Part shown: in pieces, positions 19,834 to 28,022 of the stretch
Numbering within the stretch: the stretch's first letter is position 1
Layout: each line of letters begins with the position of its first letter
IMG/VR virus record: IMGVR_UViG_3300022841_000021
Location: 1-51,285 of that record
DNA: 51,285 bases
Origin: a virus
Taxonomy: Duplodnaviria > Caudoviricetes
Strand: one strand, 5' to 3'
Notes under the pieces: generated by a model
The model's input: only the letters and a program-made list of their open reading frames with translations
The model's database searches: none
Told to the model about the DNA's origin: nothing
Program-made: the position numbers and the translations under genes

Positions 19834-19998
19834 ATGAAAGAAATTATAAGAAATTGGAAAACTTCATTAATAGGATTGGTAATAATTACAGGACTTGCAT
19901 ACTCTGGACTTTCAAATGGCTTTACAATTTCAGAAGCAATAGCTGGACTGATTGCAATTGGATTTTTAAGAGCAAAAGATAAGAAAGATGACAAATAA
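19834..19998 (+). CDS. Putative holin (54 aa, two hydrophobic segments), not in ORF track
   Basis: MKEIIRNWKTSLIGLVIITGLAYSG...AIAGLIAIGFLRAKDKKDDK; charged C-terminus; upstream of endolysin. Confidence 0.7.
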   Translation: MKEIIRNWKTSLIGLVIITGLAYSGLSNGFTISEAIAGLIAIGFLRAKDKKDDK

Positions 19999-20302
19999 AT
20001 TTTTATTAGAAGAAATACACAAAGAGCAGAAAGAACAAGCACAAAAACAATTGCAACTTTCTGCTGACTTTTCTAACTTTATGAATAAACAAGAAGCTTT
20101 TAATAAAAGGGTTACAAGTTTACTTTATAGCGACACAGACACCAACAGCACAGGGTACATTGAAAGTCACAACAAATTAAGTGAAAGAGTTTTAGACTTG
20201 GAAGTGAAAAACAAAGTAACCGCTGGAAAGGTTGCAATTAGTGTGATTATTGTTTCTGCAATAGGAACAGCAGTTTGGAAATTAATATCAATTTTAGACT
20301 AA
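19988..20302 (+). CDS. Coiled-coil protein with C-terminal TM (holin/antiholin-like)
   Basis: Hydrophobic C-terminus; lysis cassette position. Confidence 0.5.
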   Translation: MTNKFLLEEIHKEQKEQAQKQLQLSADFSNFMNKQEAFNKRVTSLLYSDTDTNSTGYIESHNKLSERVLDLEVKNKVTAGKVAISVIIVSAIGTAVWKLISILD

Positions 20303-20303
20303 A

Positions 20304-20642
20304 ATGAGCCTAAGTAGTAAACAAATTATTTTCAGTAAAAATATAGCAAGTCTTATAGTTTACGCAGATATGATAGGTATAGAATTGACTTTTGGCGATG
20401 CTTATCGTAATGAATTTACACAAAGAGAGTACGTAAGGTTAGGACTTTCTAAAACTATGAATAGTTTACACCGTAAGCGGTTAGCAGTAGATTTTAATTT
20501 CTTTATAGATGGTGAATTAACCTACAACAAAGACCGTTTAATGGATCTTGGCGAGTTTTGGGAAGGATTACACAAAAAAAATAAATGGGGTGGTAGTTTC
20601 TCTCGATTCATTGATACACCGCATTTTCAAATGTCAGAATAG
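20304..20642 (+). CDS. Endolysin, peptidase M15 family
   Basis: R...Q, SLH....AVD, WGG.F..F.D.PHFQ motifs. Confidence 0.9.
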   Translation: MSLSSKQIIFSKNIASLIVYADMIGIELTFGDAYRNEFTQREYVRLGLSKTMNSLHRKRLAVDFNFFIDGELTYNKDRLMDLGEFWEGLHKKNKWGGSFSRFIDTPHFQMSE

Positions 20643-20648
20643 TTTTTT

Positions 20649-21101
20649 ATGAAAAATCAAATATGTACATCTTGCAATAAATTAAAAGAAATTAAAAGTT
20701 TTGAGCATCAAAAAAACAGAAAAAACCCTAGAAAAAAGTGTAAAAAATGCAGAATATCTGAAAGAGTTTATACTGATGAGCAAAGAGAGAGTAGAAAGAA
20801 ATATGCATTAGAGCAAAGAAATAATCCTGCATATTTTGAGAAATATAAAAATAGTTCCCTACAAAGAAATTACAATATAAATTTATCTGATTATAAAAAA
20901 ATGCTAAAAAATCAGAAAGAGAGATGTGCAATTTGTAAAAATAAATTTAAAAGCAGTAAAAACACTCACGTAGACCACAATCACAATACATTAAAGGTGA
21001 GAGAATTACTTTGTTCAGGGTGTAACGCAGGTATTGGGTTATTAAAAGAAAATATAAAAACACTTAAAAGTGCAGTAGAATACATAAAAAGACACGAATA
21101 A
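20649..21101 (+). CDS. Endonuclease VII-type HNH nuclease with N-terminal Zn ribbon
   Basis: CAIC...HVDHNH.T.KVR.LLC..CN.GIG. Confidence 0.9.
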   Translation: MKNQICTSCNKLKEIKSFEHQKNRKNPRKKCKKCRISERVYTDEQRESRKKYALEQRNNPAYFEKYKNSSLQRNYNINLSDYKKMLKNQKERCAICKNKFKSSKNTHVDHNHNTLKVRELLCSGCNAGIGLLKENIKTLKSAVEYIKRHE

Positions 21102-21551
21102 ATGAAACTACAAAATAAATCTTACATCTTTTTATTAATCTTTTTTTTTGGTGGTTGTGTGGCTCGGAAGTCTACAATTGAGTACAAAGAGCGTATTGTT
21201 TTGGACACGATTAAAATTGAAACAATTAAAACAATTATTAAACCAATAAAAGAAACTTTAATAGTTCAGAACCCTTGTGATTCTTTAGGGATTTTAAAGC
21301 AATTTGACAAAGAAATTAAGACAGAATTATCTTCTGTTAGGGTTTACAATGATAAAGGAGTTATAAAAGCAGAAATAAACATAGACAGTTTAAAGCAAGT
21401 TTTAAGAACCGAATTTAAAAGCAACTACATAGCAAAGACAGACACAAAAGAAGTCGAAATTATAAGGTATAAGTACCATTTATGGCTTGTTTTAACATTA
21501 ATAATATCAATTTTACTAAATATATTACTACTAAAAGGAAAAGTATTTTAA
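21102..21551 (+). CDS. Putative unimolecular spanin
   Basis: N-terminal lipoprotein signal (FFGG-C) plus C-terminal TM; after endolysin. Confidence 0.65.
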   Translation: MKLQNKSYIFLLIFFFGGCVARKSTIEYKERIVLDTIKIETIKTIIKPIKETLIVQNPCDSLGILKQFDKEIKTELSSVRVYNDKGVIKAEINIDSLKQVLRTEFKSNYIAKTDTKEVEIIRYKYHLWLVLTLIISILLNILLLKGKVF

Positions 21552-21564
21552 CTAAAAAGCAAAA

Positions 21565-22746
21565 ATGAAAATTCATAAAAATTTAAAAGCACAGGAAGCA
21601 GAATTATTAGGATTTCAAGTTAAGCCAAACGAAAAAAATAGAAAGTCAGCACGTTATTATATTACTATTGAAGATAACGAATACATTACGGAATTAAGAA
21701 GCACCCCAAATAAGCGAAAGTTTATTGAAACACAAAAGAAATTTGATAAAAGCGGAAACGTTATTTCTTCGGTGCAAAAGCTACAGAGTAAGCCGATAGA
21801 TATTCCTGAAAACTTCGAGGTAATTAAAGTATCTACTTCTAAAACCACCGGTCAACAATGGGTGCAATACGCTCCAAAAAAAGGTAATAACGAGAATGAC
21901 TATTTAAAATTAAAAGATGTTATAATTAAGGAGATGAAGACACACGCTCCGAAGTTTCCAAAGTTAAAAAGAGATAAACTAGCAGACGAACACTTACTTG
22001 TTATTGACCCAGCAGACGTACATATAGGAAAGCTTGCAACGTCTTTCGAGTGTGGCGAAGATTATAATAATCAAATAGCAGTACAAAGAGTTTTAGAGGG
22101 CGTAGACGGCATATTACAGAAGTCTAACGGCTTTAATATTGATAAAATACTATTTATAGGAGGTAATGATATACTACATATCGATACTCCCGATAGAAAA
22201 ACAAGCAATGGGACTCAACAAGATACTGACGGAATGTGGTACAACAACTTTCTAATAGCTAAAAGGCTATACATTGAAGTTTTAGAGAAATTAATAGGAA
22301 TAGCAGATGTACACTTTACATTCAACCCGTCAAATCATGATTACACAAACGGTTTCTTTTTAGCTGATGTAATACAAACTTACTTTAAAGACTGTAAGAA
22401 TATAACATTTGATTGTTCTATTGCACACAGAAAGTACTACACCTATCACACAAACTTAATAGGCACAACGCACGGAGATGGTGCAAAACCGCAAGATTTA
22501 CCGTTATTAATGGCGCAAGAGAGTAACGAATGGAGTGCTACAAAACACCGGTACATTTATACACACCACATACACCACAAAACTTCTAAAGATTTCGTAG
22601 GAGTTTGCGTAGAGAGTTTAAGAAGCCCAAGCGGAACGGATAGTTGGCATCATAGGAAAGGGTACGAACACGCACCGAAAGCAGTAGAGGGTTTTTTACA
22701 TTCTAAACTAAACGGGCAAGTCGCGCGCTTAACACATATTTTTTAG
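21565..22746 (+). CDS. Calcineurin-like metallophosphoesterase
   Basis: DxH, GND, SNHD, HGD, HHIHH motifs. Confidence 0.85.
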   Translation: MKIHKNLKAQEAELLGFQVKPNEKNRKSARYYITIEDNEYITELRSTPNKRKFIETQKKFDKSGNVISSVQKLQSKPIDIPENFEVIKVSTSKTTGQQWVQYAPKKGNNENDYLKLKDVIIKEMKTHAPKFPKLKRDKLADEHLLVIDPADVHIGKLATSFECGEDYNNQIAVQRVLEGVDGILQKSNGFNIDKILFIGGNDILHIDTPDRKTSNGTQQDTDGMWYNNFLIAKRLYIEVLEKLIGIADVHFTFNPSNHDYTNGFFLADVIQTYFKDCKNITFDCSIAHRKYYTYHTNLIGTTHGDGAKPQDLPLLMAQESNEWSATKHRYIYTHHIHHKTSKDFVGVCVESLRSPSGTDSWHHRKGYEHAPKAVEGFLHSKLNGQVARLTHIF

Positions 22747-22778
22747 CCAATAAACACAATTTTACAATATAGTCTTAC

Positions 22779-22807
22779 AACCCTTATTTCGCATAATAAG
22801 GGTTTTT
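22779..22807 (+). terminator. Intrinsic terminator ending the late operon
   Basis: AACCCTTATT-TCGCAT-AATAAGGGTT plus T run. Confidence 0.8.
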
Positions 22808-22895
22808 ACGTGCTTAAAACCACCTTATTTGTAAGTTATTTTGTAAATAAACTGAAAATAAATAGAAATTATAGTGTTTTATATTGTATTGTATT

Positions 22896-22903
22896 GTATC
22901 TTT
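22896..22903 (+). promoter_or_regulatory. -7 promoter element TATCTTTG for the small-gene cluster
   Basis: TAnnTTTG about 20 nt before ATG 22924. Confidence 0.6.
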
Positions 22904-22923
22904 GAAGAAAAAACAAAGGAACT

Positions 22924-23124
22924 ATGAAAGAATTATTAAGTTTAACAGCAAGTAAATTAGTAGAAAATAATTTTAGCGATGAGTGTATTTTAGCTTGTGG
23001 TTCTGTTTTTAAACAAGCATTTATTGAGCAAGGATTTACAAGGGTTCTTTCGAATGAATTTGCTATAGACTCTTTAAAAATAATAATAACCACTTTAAGT
23101 AAAATTAAATATGAACTACTGTAA
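22924..23124 (+). CDS. Hypothetical protein
   Basis: ORF after promoter. Confidence 0.5.
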   Translation: MKELLSLTASKLVENNFSDECILACGSVFKQAFIEQGFTRVLSNEFAIDSLKIIITTLSKIKYELL

Positions 23125-23196
23125 AAACAAACTAGAAAGAAAACCCTTAACACTGTGTAATGTTAAGCAGTGCAATAAGTGTAAGATAAAATAACT

Positions 23197-23466
23197 ATGA
23201 ATACAGATATATTTTTAACCAAAAAAAAGAAAGTAGATTTAACAAAGTGTTATTTTATGCTATGCAAAAGTATTGGAGGAAGCTTATTACTAAGAACTAT
23301 TTACACTTCTAAAGTAGATAAATCGGATGTTATATTTCATTACGAAGATGTTAAAAAAATGAATTGCGTATTTGCTATAAAAAACGATAAGAAAACTTGG
23401 GATAAGTTTAAAACCTTTAAGGGATTTATAAACAGAATAAATAAAGATTTAATTAAACAAAAATAA
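23197..23466 (+). CDS. Hypothetical protein
   Basis: ORF in small-gene cluster. Confidence 0.55.
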   Translation: MNTDIFLTKKKKVDLTKCYFMLCKSIGGSLLLRTIYTSKVDKSDVIFHYEDVKKMNCVFAIKNDKKTWDKFKTFKGFINRINKDLIKQK

Positions 23467-23468
23467 TT

Positions 23469-23639
23469 ATGGACATATTTAACATTAATTTACCGTCAGA
23501 CGAAGAGAATAAGAAATTTAAAAAATTAGATTCTTGGTTTGATTTTATGAATAAACAATTCGGAGAAATAGAGGAGAGTAATCACAAGTTACAAGTTAAT
23601 AATCTTCTTAGTGATAACGATATAAACGCAATAGAATGA
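23469..23639 (+). CDS. 56-aa acidic hypothetical protein, not in ORF track
   Basis: MDIFNINLPSDEENKK...; coupled to neighbours. Confidence 0.5.
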   Translation: MDIFNINLPSDEENKKFKKLDSWFDFMNKQFGEIEESNHKLQVNNLLSDNDINAIE

Positions 23640-23821
23640 GTACAAAATTTGGTATAATAATACCAGCAACGGGCGAAATAGTAGAAGTGGCTTTTAGAAG
23701 CAACGGTATTCGATTTACAAACCCATTAGCGCACTTACTACCGAACGAAACAAAAGTAGAGCCGTTAAACAACACCGCACAAGGAATTTACACAATCGAA
23801 GACATTAAAAAATCTATATGA
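23636..23821 (+). CDS. Hypothetical protein
   Basis: ATGA overlaps on both sides. Confidence 0.55.
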   Translation: MSTKFGIIIPATGEIVEVAFRSNGIRFTNPLAHLLPNETKVEPLNNTAQGIYTIEDIKKSI

Positions 23822-24018
23822 ATAATTGGAAAGAACGATACGAGAAGTATAAAAAAGGAATGGGCTACAAGAATAAAGACGTTGCAAAACTCTTTAACAA
23901 GAATCTAAACGCAATAGAAAAGGCGGTTTCTTGTGTACCTTTCCCTGAATATTTAAAGCCTGTTATTATAACGTATGAGAGTATGTTAGAGAGTGGGCGG
24001 ATAGTTTATAAAATCTAA
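23818..24018 (+). CDS. Small HTH-like protein
   Basis: KKGMGYKNKDVAKLFNKNLNAIEK. Confidence 0.5.
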   Translation: MNNWKERYEKYKKGMGYKNKDVAKLFNKNLNAIEKAVSCVPFPEYLKPVIITYESMLESGRIVYKI

Positions 24019-24150
24019 CGTAATTGTACAACAATTGAACGGATTAAGTGGGCGAGGATTTTCCGCAGGAAAATACAAGCCAACGTAAAAATAGAAAAAA
24101 CAAAATAGTAATAATATTAGCAACGTTTGATTTATGTACGTTGTTGGTTA
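24013..24150. repeat. Imperfect palindromic attC-like element
   Basis: ATCTAAC...GTTGGTT ends; inner arms GTACAACAATTGAACG / CGTTTGATTTATGTAC; internal TTTTCC-GCA-GGAAAA hairpin. Confidence 0.5.
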
Positions 24151-24169
24151 CTTTAAAAATTATGAAATT

Positions 24170-24316
24170 ATGATAGAAATTTATGGAATTGCAATTATTT
24201 TAATAATAGGATTTGTTAAAATATCTTGGACTTTGGATGATATAAAGATAGAATCTAGATACAGCAACACCTTGTTAGAAGAACAAAATAAATTAATAAA
24301 AGACAAAAGTAAATAA
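24170..24316 (+). CDS. 48-aa single-TM protein flanked by 22-bp inverted repeats
   Basis: MIEIYGIAIILIIGFVKISWTLDDIK...; IRs at 24141-24162 and 24314-24335. Confidence 0.5.
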   Translation: MIEIYGIAIILIIGFVKISWTLDDIKIESRYSNTLLEEQNKLIKDKSK

Positions 24317-24365
24317 TTTTTATTGTTACCAACTACTTATATCCTCCATTCAATAAATTGAACCA

Positions 24366-25673
24366 TTAAATTACAATATCTATTTTTTCGCTCCAATCTT
24401 TAGGAATATCTGCGTCTATTTTATGAATGTAATTCATTAAACCGCTTTCCGAATCGTGCCCTGTAATTGGCATAAGCTGCTGGATTGCTTCGTTAAAAGA
24501 TAGGTTTTCTTTCGTTCTTAAATATCTAAATAGATTAGTAATATAAGAATGGCGAAAAGAATAAATATTATCTCCTTTTTCTAGAGCTATAGGCGGCTTT
24601 TCTAATAACATTCTAACTTTTAAACGTGTAAATCTTCTAGTAATTGTAGAGCGTTTTTGTTGGTCTGTGGCGTTCCATATTTCGGGAATACCTGAAGGCG
24701 TAATTAAGCTGCACTCTTTATCATAGCTATCTAAATTCATAGCCTTTAAATCTTGTAGTAAAATAGTAGGTATACGCTTTGTCTTTAATGGCTTGTTTTT
24801 GGCTTGGTAATATAATAGTGCATCTTCTAAATTGATATCTTTTATTTTTAGCCTACAAACTTCTACAGGTCTTAAAAAATTATACGCTACAAATTTAACA
24901 ACTAATAAAAGTAAAGGATCGTTTTCTCTTAAAAAATTGGTAACGTCTTTAAGTTGTTTATTTGAAAGCGTTCTGTTTCTTTTTTCTTGGGTTCGTTCTT
25001 TTTCTATGTTTTTTACAAAGTTGTAATCAATTAAAAGAAGCTTCTTTTCCATTACAGAAAATAGCGAAGATAAATCCGCCTTATAATTGTTTCGAGTTCG
25101 TGCGGATGTCTTTTTTAAAATCTCGTTAAGGTATTTAATTACTATTTTCCTAGAAACTAACTTTAAATCCTTTCTTTGGTTTTCCTTACCCAAGTACTTT
25201 AGAAAGCTAAGTGCAGTTTTTTTATAGTCATTATATGTACTTAACGAAACGGTTAATTTAATTTGCTCCAAAGCAAGTTCTAACGCTTCTTTAATGCTTT
25301 TTGGCTTTTCTTTTTCTTCACCACCTAAATTTATAGAATCGTCATTATCAAATGGCGAATAACCGTCTTTTATGAATTCTGTTAAAAGTTTCCGCAATTC
25401 TATCAAAGCTTTATGCCTTGCTTTTTTAGTTTTTAAATAATTTACACCGCCTTTGTAATCTTTTTGTCTTTCTAGTTTTCCTGTTTTAGGATTTCTAAAA
25501 GCCCAGCGCATAAACCAGCTTTTAGATAAAGCGACCTCTTTTTCTTTTTGGGTTAAAGTTTCCCAGTCTTCAATTTTAACACTTCCCGTGTAAAACCCTA
25601 TAGAATGATTTTTGCCCATAAAACGGTATTTCTGTAAAGTTTCTTTTAAAGTTTCTTTTTTCTTTTTTTGCAT
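24366..25673 (-). CDS. int: Tyrosine integrase (start may be 25619)
   Basis: LRPVE, AKNK, YSFRH, TGH, NY catalytic motifs; SAM-like region; adjacent to tRNA fragment. Confidence 0.95.
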   Translation of the reverse strand: MQKKKKETLKETLQKYRFMGKNHSIGFYTGSVKIEDWETLTQKEKEVALSKSWFMRWAFRNPKTGKLERQKDYKGGVNYLKTKKARHKALIELRKLLTEFIKDGYSPFDNDDSINLGGEEKEKPKSIKEALELALEQIKLTVSLSTYNDYKKTALSFLKYLGKENQRKDLKLVSRKIVIKYLNEILKKTSARTRNNYKADLSSLFSVMEKKLLLIDYNFVKNIEKERTQEKRNRTLSNKQLKDVTNFLRENDPLLLLVVKFVAYNFLRPVEVCRLKIKDINLEDALLYYQAKNKPLKTKRIPTILLQDLKAMNLDSYDKECSLITPSGIPEIWNATDQQKRSTITRRFTRLKVRMLLEKPPIALEKGDNIYSFRHSYITNLFRYLRTKENLSFNEAIQQLMPITGHDSESGLMNYIHKIDADIPKDWSEKIDIVI

Positions 25674-25702
25674 AAAAAAACGGTTTAAAATTAATTAAAC
25701 CG
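25674..25702 (-). terminator. Terminator placed to follow the reconstituted tRNA, directly before int
   Basis: CGGTTTAA/TTAAACCG stem with U-tract on the minus strand. Confidence 0.7.
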
Positions 25703-25723
25703 CTTATTTTAAAGGCTTTGCCT

Positions 25724-25770
25724 TGTAGCGAAATCGGGATTTGAACCCGAGACCTCAGGGTTATGAATCC
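25724..25770 (-). other. att core: 3' half of a CAT-anticodon tRNA (Met or Ile2)
   Basis: Minus strand GGATTCATAACCCTGAGGTCTCGGGTTCAAATCCCGATTTCGCTACA: anticodon loop, perfect T arm, acceptor 3' strand; no D arm or 5' strand. Confidence 0.9.
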
Positions 25771-25970
25771 GAAAACAAGCGGTTTTTATCGGTATTTAAA
25801 AATTAATTAATACTTGCAAAGTCTTACTATGAGAGTGTTTACAGAGTATCTAGGTGTTTATCTATTTTTAGCGTTAAATGTTGAAAAGTTTACTGTAAAG
25901 TTTCCGCAACGTTTTTACTTTAATACTGTTTAATTTTTTATATTTGAGTGAAAGAAAAAGCTATTACCCT

Positions 25971-26309
25971 ATGAAAAAGAAACAATCATTCTTGCAAAAA
26001 AGAACTATTGAACGTATCGAAAACTTTTGCGGAATTAAAGAACTTACCAAATATCTTAACAGACTTAAAAACAATCAAACCCCAATTAACAAACTTCATA
26101 TTTTAACAACTATTCAATATTATGAAAGTTTGTATTTATATTACGTATCAGTAGAGGATGATTTTATCGACTATAAAGAAAACGCAATGGATACCGTAAA
26201 GTTCTTAAACGAACAAAATCTTTTAAAAGATTGCCAATATTTATGCTTTTTAGTTGACCTTATAAATGATGGCTTAGAATATACTTCTAAAATTAGGCGT
26301 TTAGCTTAA
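25971..26309 (+). CDS. Hypothetical protein in the immunity region
   Basis: TATATTTG at 25939-25946 then ATG 25971; converges on repressor. Confidence 0.55.
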   Translation: MKKKQSFLQKRTIERIENFCGIKELTKYLNRLKNNQTPINKLHILTTIQYYESLYLYYVSVEDDFIDYKENAMDTVKFLNEQNLLKDCQYLCFLVDLINDGLEYTSKIRRLA

Positions 26310-26951
26310 CTTTTTAACAATTACTTTACTCTCTTTTAATTCCTTAAAAACTGCTTGAATGTTTAAATTATAAAGCATCAAGGCTCTATCGTTTTTACAT
26401 ATTATTTCGTTATTTAACGCGATATCTTCTTTTATAGAGGCTATGGCGTTTTGATTTTCTTTTAAAGTTTGAAGCTGGTTAAAAATAACGTTTAACTTGT
26501 CGTCTATTTTTAAATCTCTAAAATCTACGTTTTCGGTTACGTCTACATCTGTAGAAACAGAGTTTGCAAACTGTATTATACCTTTTCTTGTTTTTCTTTG
26601 TGGATTATCAATTTCATTATTAAGCACTCTCCTTATACCGCTTTCGTTTAATCCTGTTTGCTTGTGAATTTCGTACGCTTTATAACCTTGCTCTTTTATA
26701 ATACTTATAGCGTTCTTAAACTCCATATGTTCAGCGTAAAGAACCTCTATATCTTCCTTTACATCCTCTTTAAACAGAAAGGAATGTATCGCATCTATTG
26801 TTAAATCTCTAGGGTTTTTACTAGACTTATTTAGTATTTTACCTACTCCAGCCTCTGATACCTTAGTTGCTTTTGCTATACTATAGGCTGAAATGTTGTT
26901 TTTTTCGACATAATCAATGATTTCTCTTACTTTTCTTTCTTTATCTAACAT
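26301..26951 (-). CDS. CI-like repressor with two tandem XRE-type HTH domains
   Basis: AYSIAKATKVSEAGVGKILN..KNP and AYEIHKQTGLNESGIRRVLN..DNP; divergent from the early operon. Confidence 0.75.
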   Translation of the reverse strand: MLDKERKVREIIDYVEKNNISAYSIAKATKVSEAGVGKILNKSSKNPRDLTIDAIHSFLFKEDVKEDIEVLYAEHMEFKNAISIIKEQGYKAYEIHKQTGLNESGIRRVLNNEIDNPQRKTRKGIIQFANSVSTDVDVTENVDFRDLKIDDKLNVIFNQLQTLKENQNAIASIKEDIALNNEIICKNDRALMLYNLNIQAVFKELKESKVIVKKLS

Positions 26952-26986
26952 ATTGGTTTATAGTTAATTAGGGGAGTTATAAAAAA

Positions 26987-27066
26987 TAGTTTAGTATTTT
27001 TACTAAATAAGTGTTGTATTACTTAATTAGTTTAGTATATTTGTAGGGGCTACCAACACAAAGGTA
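26987..27066. promoter_or_regulatory. Lysis-lysogeny switch: operators and opposed promoters
   Basis: TTTAGTA-N4-TACTAAA palindrome; TAGTTTAGTAT twice; TATATTTG (+, 27036-27043); TACCTTTG (-, 27059-27066). Confidence 0.6.
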
Positions 27067-27128
27067 GTTTATAATGTAAAGGTATCAAAATAATATCGTT
27101 AACAAGTATTCAACAAAAAAAATAAACT

Positions 27129-27419
27129 ATGATTTCAAACAAAAACTTAAAAGACATTTTGTCAAGACAAGAAATTACAAGCTACTCTGGTTACACTTCA
27201 TTTACTACAGATGAAAAAGAATTAAACTTCTCCGCTTCTTTAGAGAACGCAAAACTTGTTTTTAGTTGTGCAATGTGGATAGGAACGGATGACGAAGAAA
27301 CGGTATTGACAGAAGAGCAAAAAGATATTATTTACTACACGCTTTTAGCAGCTGCTGAAGAGGAGATAGTAGAAAACGATATAGACCAAGAACACGCATT
27401 AACCTTAATATACTCATAA
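27129..27419 (+). CDS. Hypothetical early protein
   Basis: First ORF of the rightward operon. Confidence 0.6.
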   Translation: MISNKNLKDILSRQEITSYSGYTSFTTDEKELNFSASLENAKLVFSCAMWIGTDDEETVLTEEQKDIIYYTLLAAAEEEIVENDIDQEHALTLIYS

Positions 27420-27421
27420 CT

Positions 27422-27607
27422 ATGGCAACTACACTAAGCACAGAGCGCACAAAGGAACTTTTAACAAGGCTAATCAGCGATGACTACGAAAAGATAGACT
27501 TTGAAATGGATTACATCTACGGTAAGGCAGACGAACTAATAGCACTCGCTTTAAGCTACGGTTTAAATGACCAAGCTAACGCAATGATAAGTAGTAAAAA
27601 CCTCTAA
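27422..27607 (+). CDS. Hypothetical early protein
   Basis: Operon packing. Confidence 0.55.
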   Translation: MATTLSTERTKELLTRLISDDYEKIDFEMDYIYGKADELIALALSYGLNDQANAMISSKNL

Positions 27608-27616
27608 ACATAAAAA

Positions 27617-27850
27617 ATGAAAATCGAAGCATTAAGGTACGAATTAGTAAAAGTAGCAAAAGAAGTGGGTAACCATAAAATAGTTGCAGAAATAGCGGGT
27701 ATAAGTATCGCATACTTAGCACAAATAAGAACAGGTAAAAACGCCAAGTTAGATACAGACGAAAATATTAACTTATTAAGTGCTTTAATTAAAATCTATA
27801 GAAATATAGGTAAGACTAAAATTAACTCTTTAAACAGGGTTTTAAACTAA
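27617..27850 (+). CDS. Cro-like HTH protein
   Basis: HKIVAEIAGISIAYLAQIRTGK. Confidence 0.7.
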   Translation: MKIEALRYELVKVAKEVGNHKIVAEIAGISIAYLAQIRTGKNAKLDTDENINLLSALIKIYRNIGKTKINSLNRVLN

Positions 27851-27853
27851 CTA

Positions 27854-28012
27854 ATGACACAATTAGACCAACATATTATAGCAAGTTTAGATTCTCTTTC
27901 GGATGAAGGAAAAGAGTTTGCGCGTAAGACGTTGGGAGTGTCAAAGCCAATTAGAAAAAAGAAAGATAATACGATTGCAAAACAAAAGATGTTTAAAGCA
28001 TTATTTACCTAA
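27854..28012 (+). CDS. 52-aa hypothetical protein, not in ORF track
   Basis: MTQLDQHIIASLDSLSDEGKEFARK...; fills the gap. Confidence 0.5.
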   Translation: MTQLDQHIIASLDSLSDEGKEFARKTLGVSKPIRKKKDNTIAKQKMFKALFT

Positions 28013-28022
28013 AAACAAAGAT

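Noticed and set aside
19660-19890. Diversity-generating retroelement TR/VR pair
   Set aside because: Three A/G differences are present, but other differences are not at adenines, the repeat covers a holin start rather than a fibre C-terminus, and no reverse transcriptase is in the window
25724-25800. Intact phage tRNA gene
   Set aside because: D arm and 5' acceptor strand are absent; only the 3' half is present
27903-28022. Upstream starts given in the ORF track (27903, also 2191, 25944, 30143, 44232, 49840)
   Set aside because: They overlap promoters, a terminator or a better small ORF; downstream ATGs were preferred
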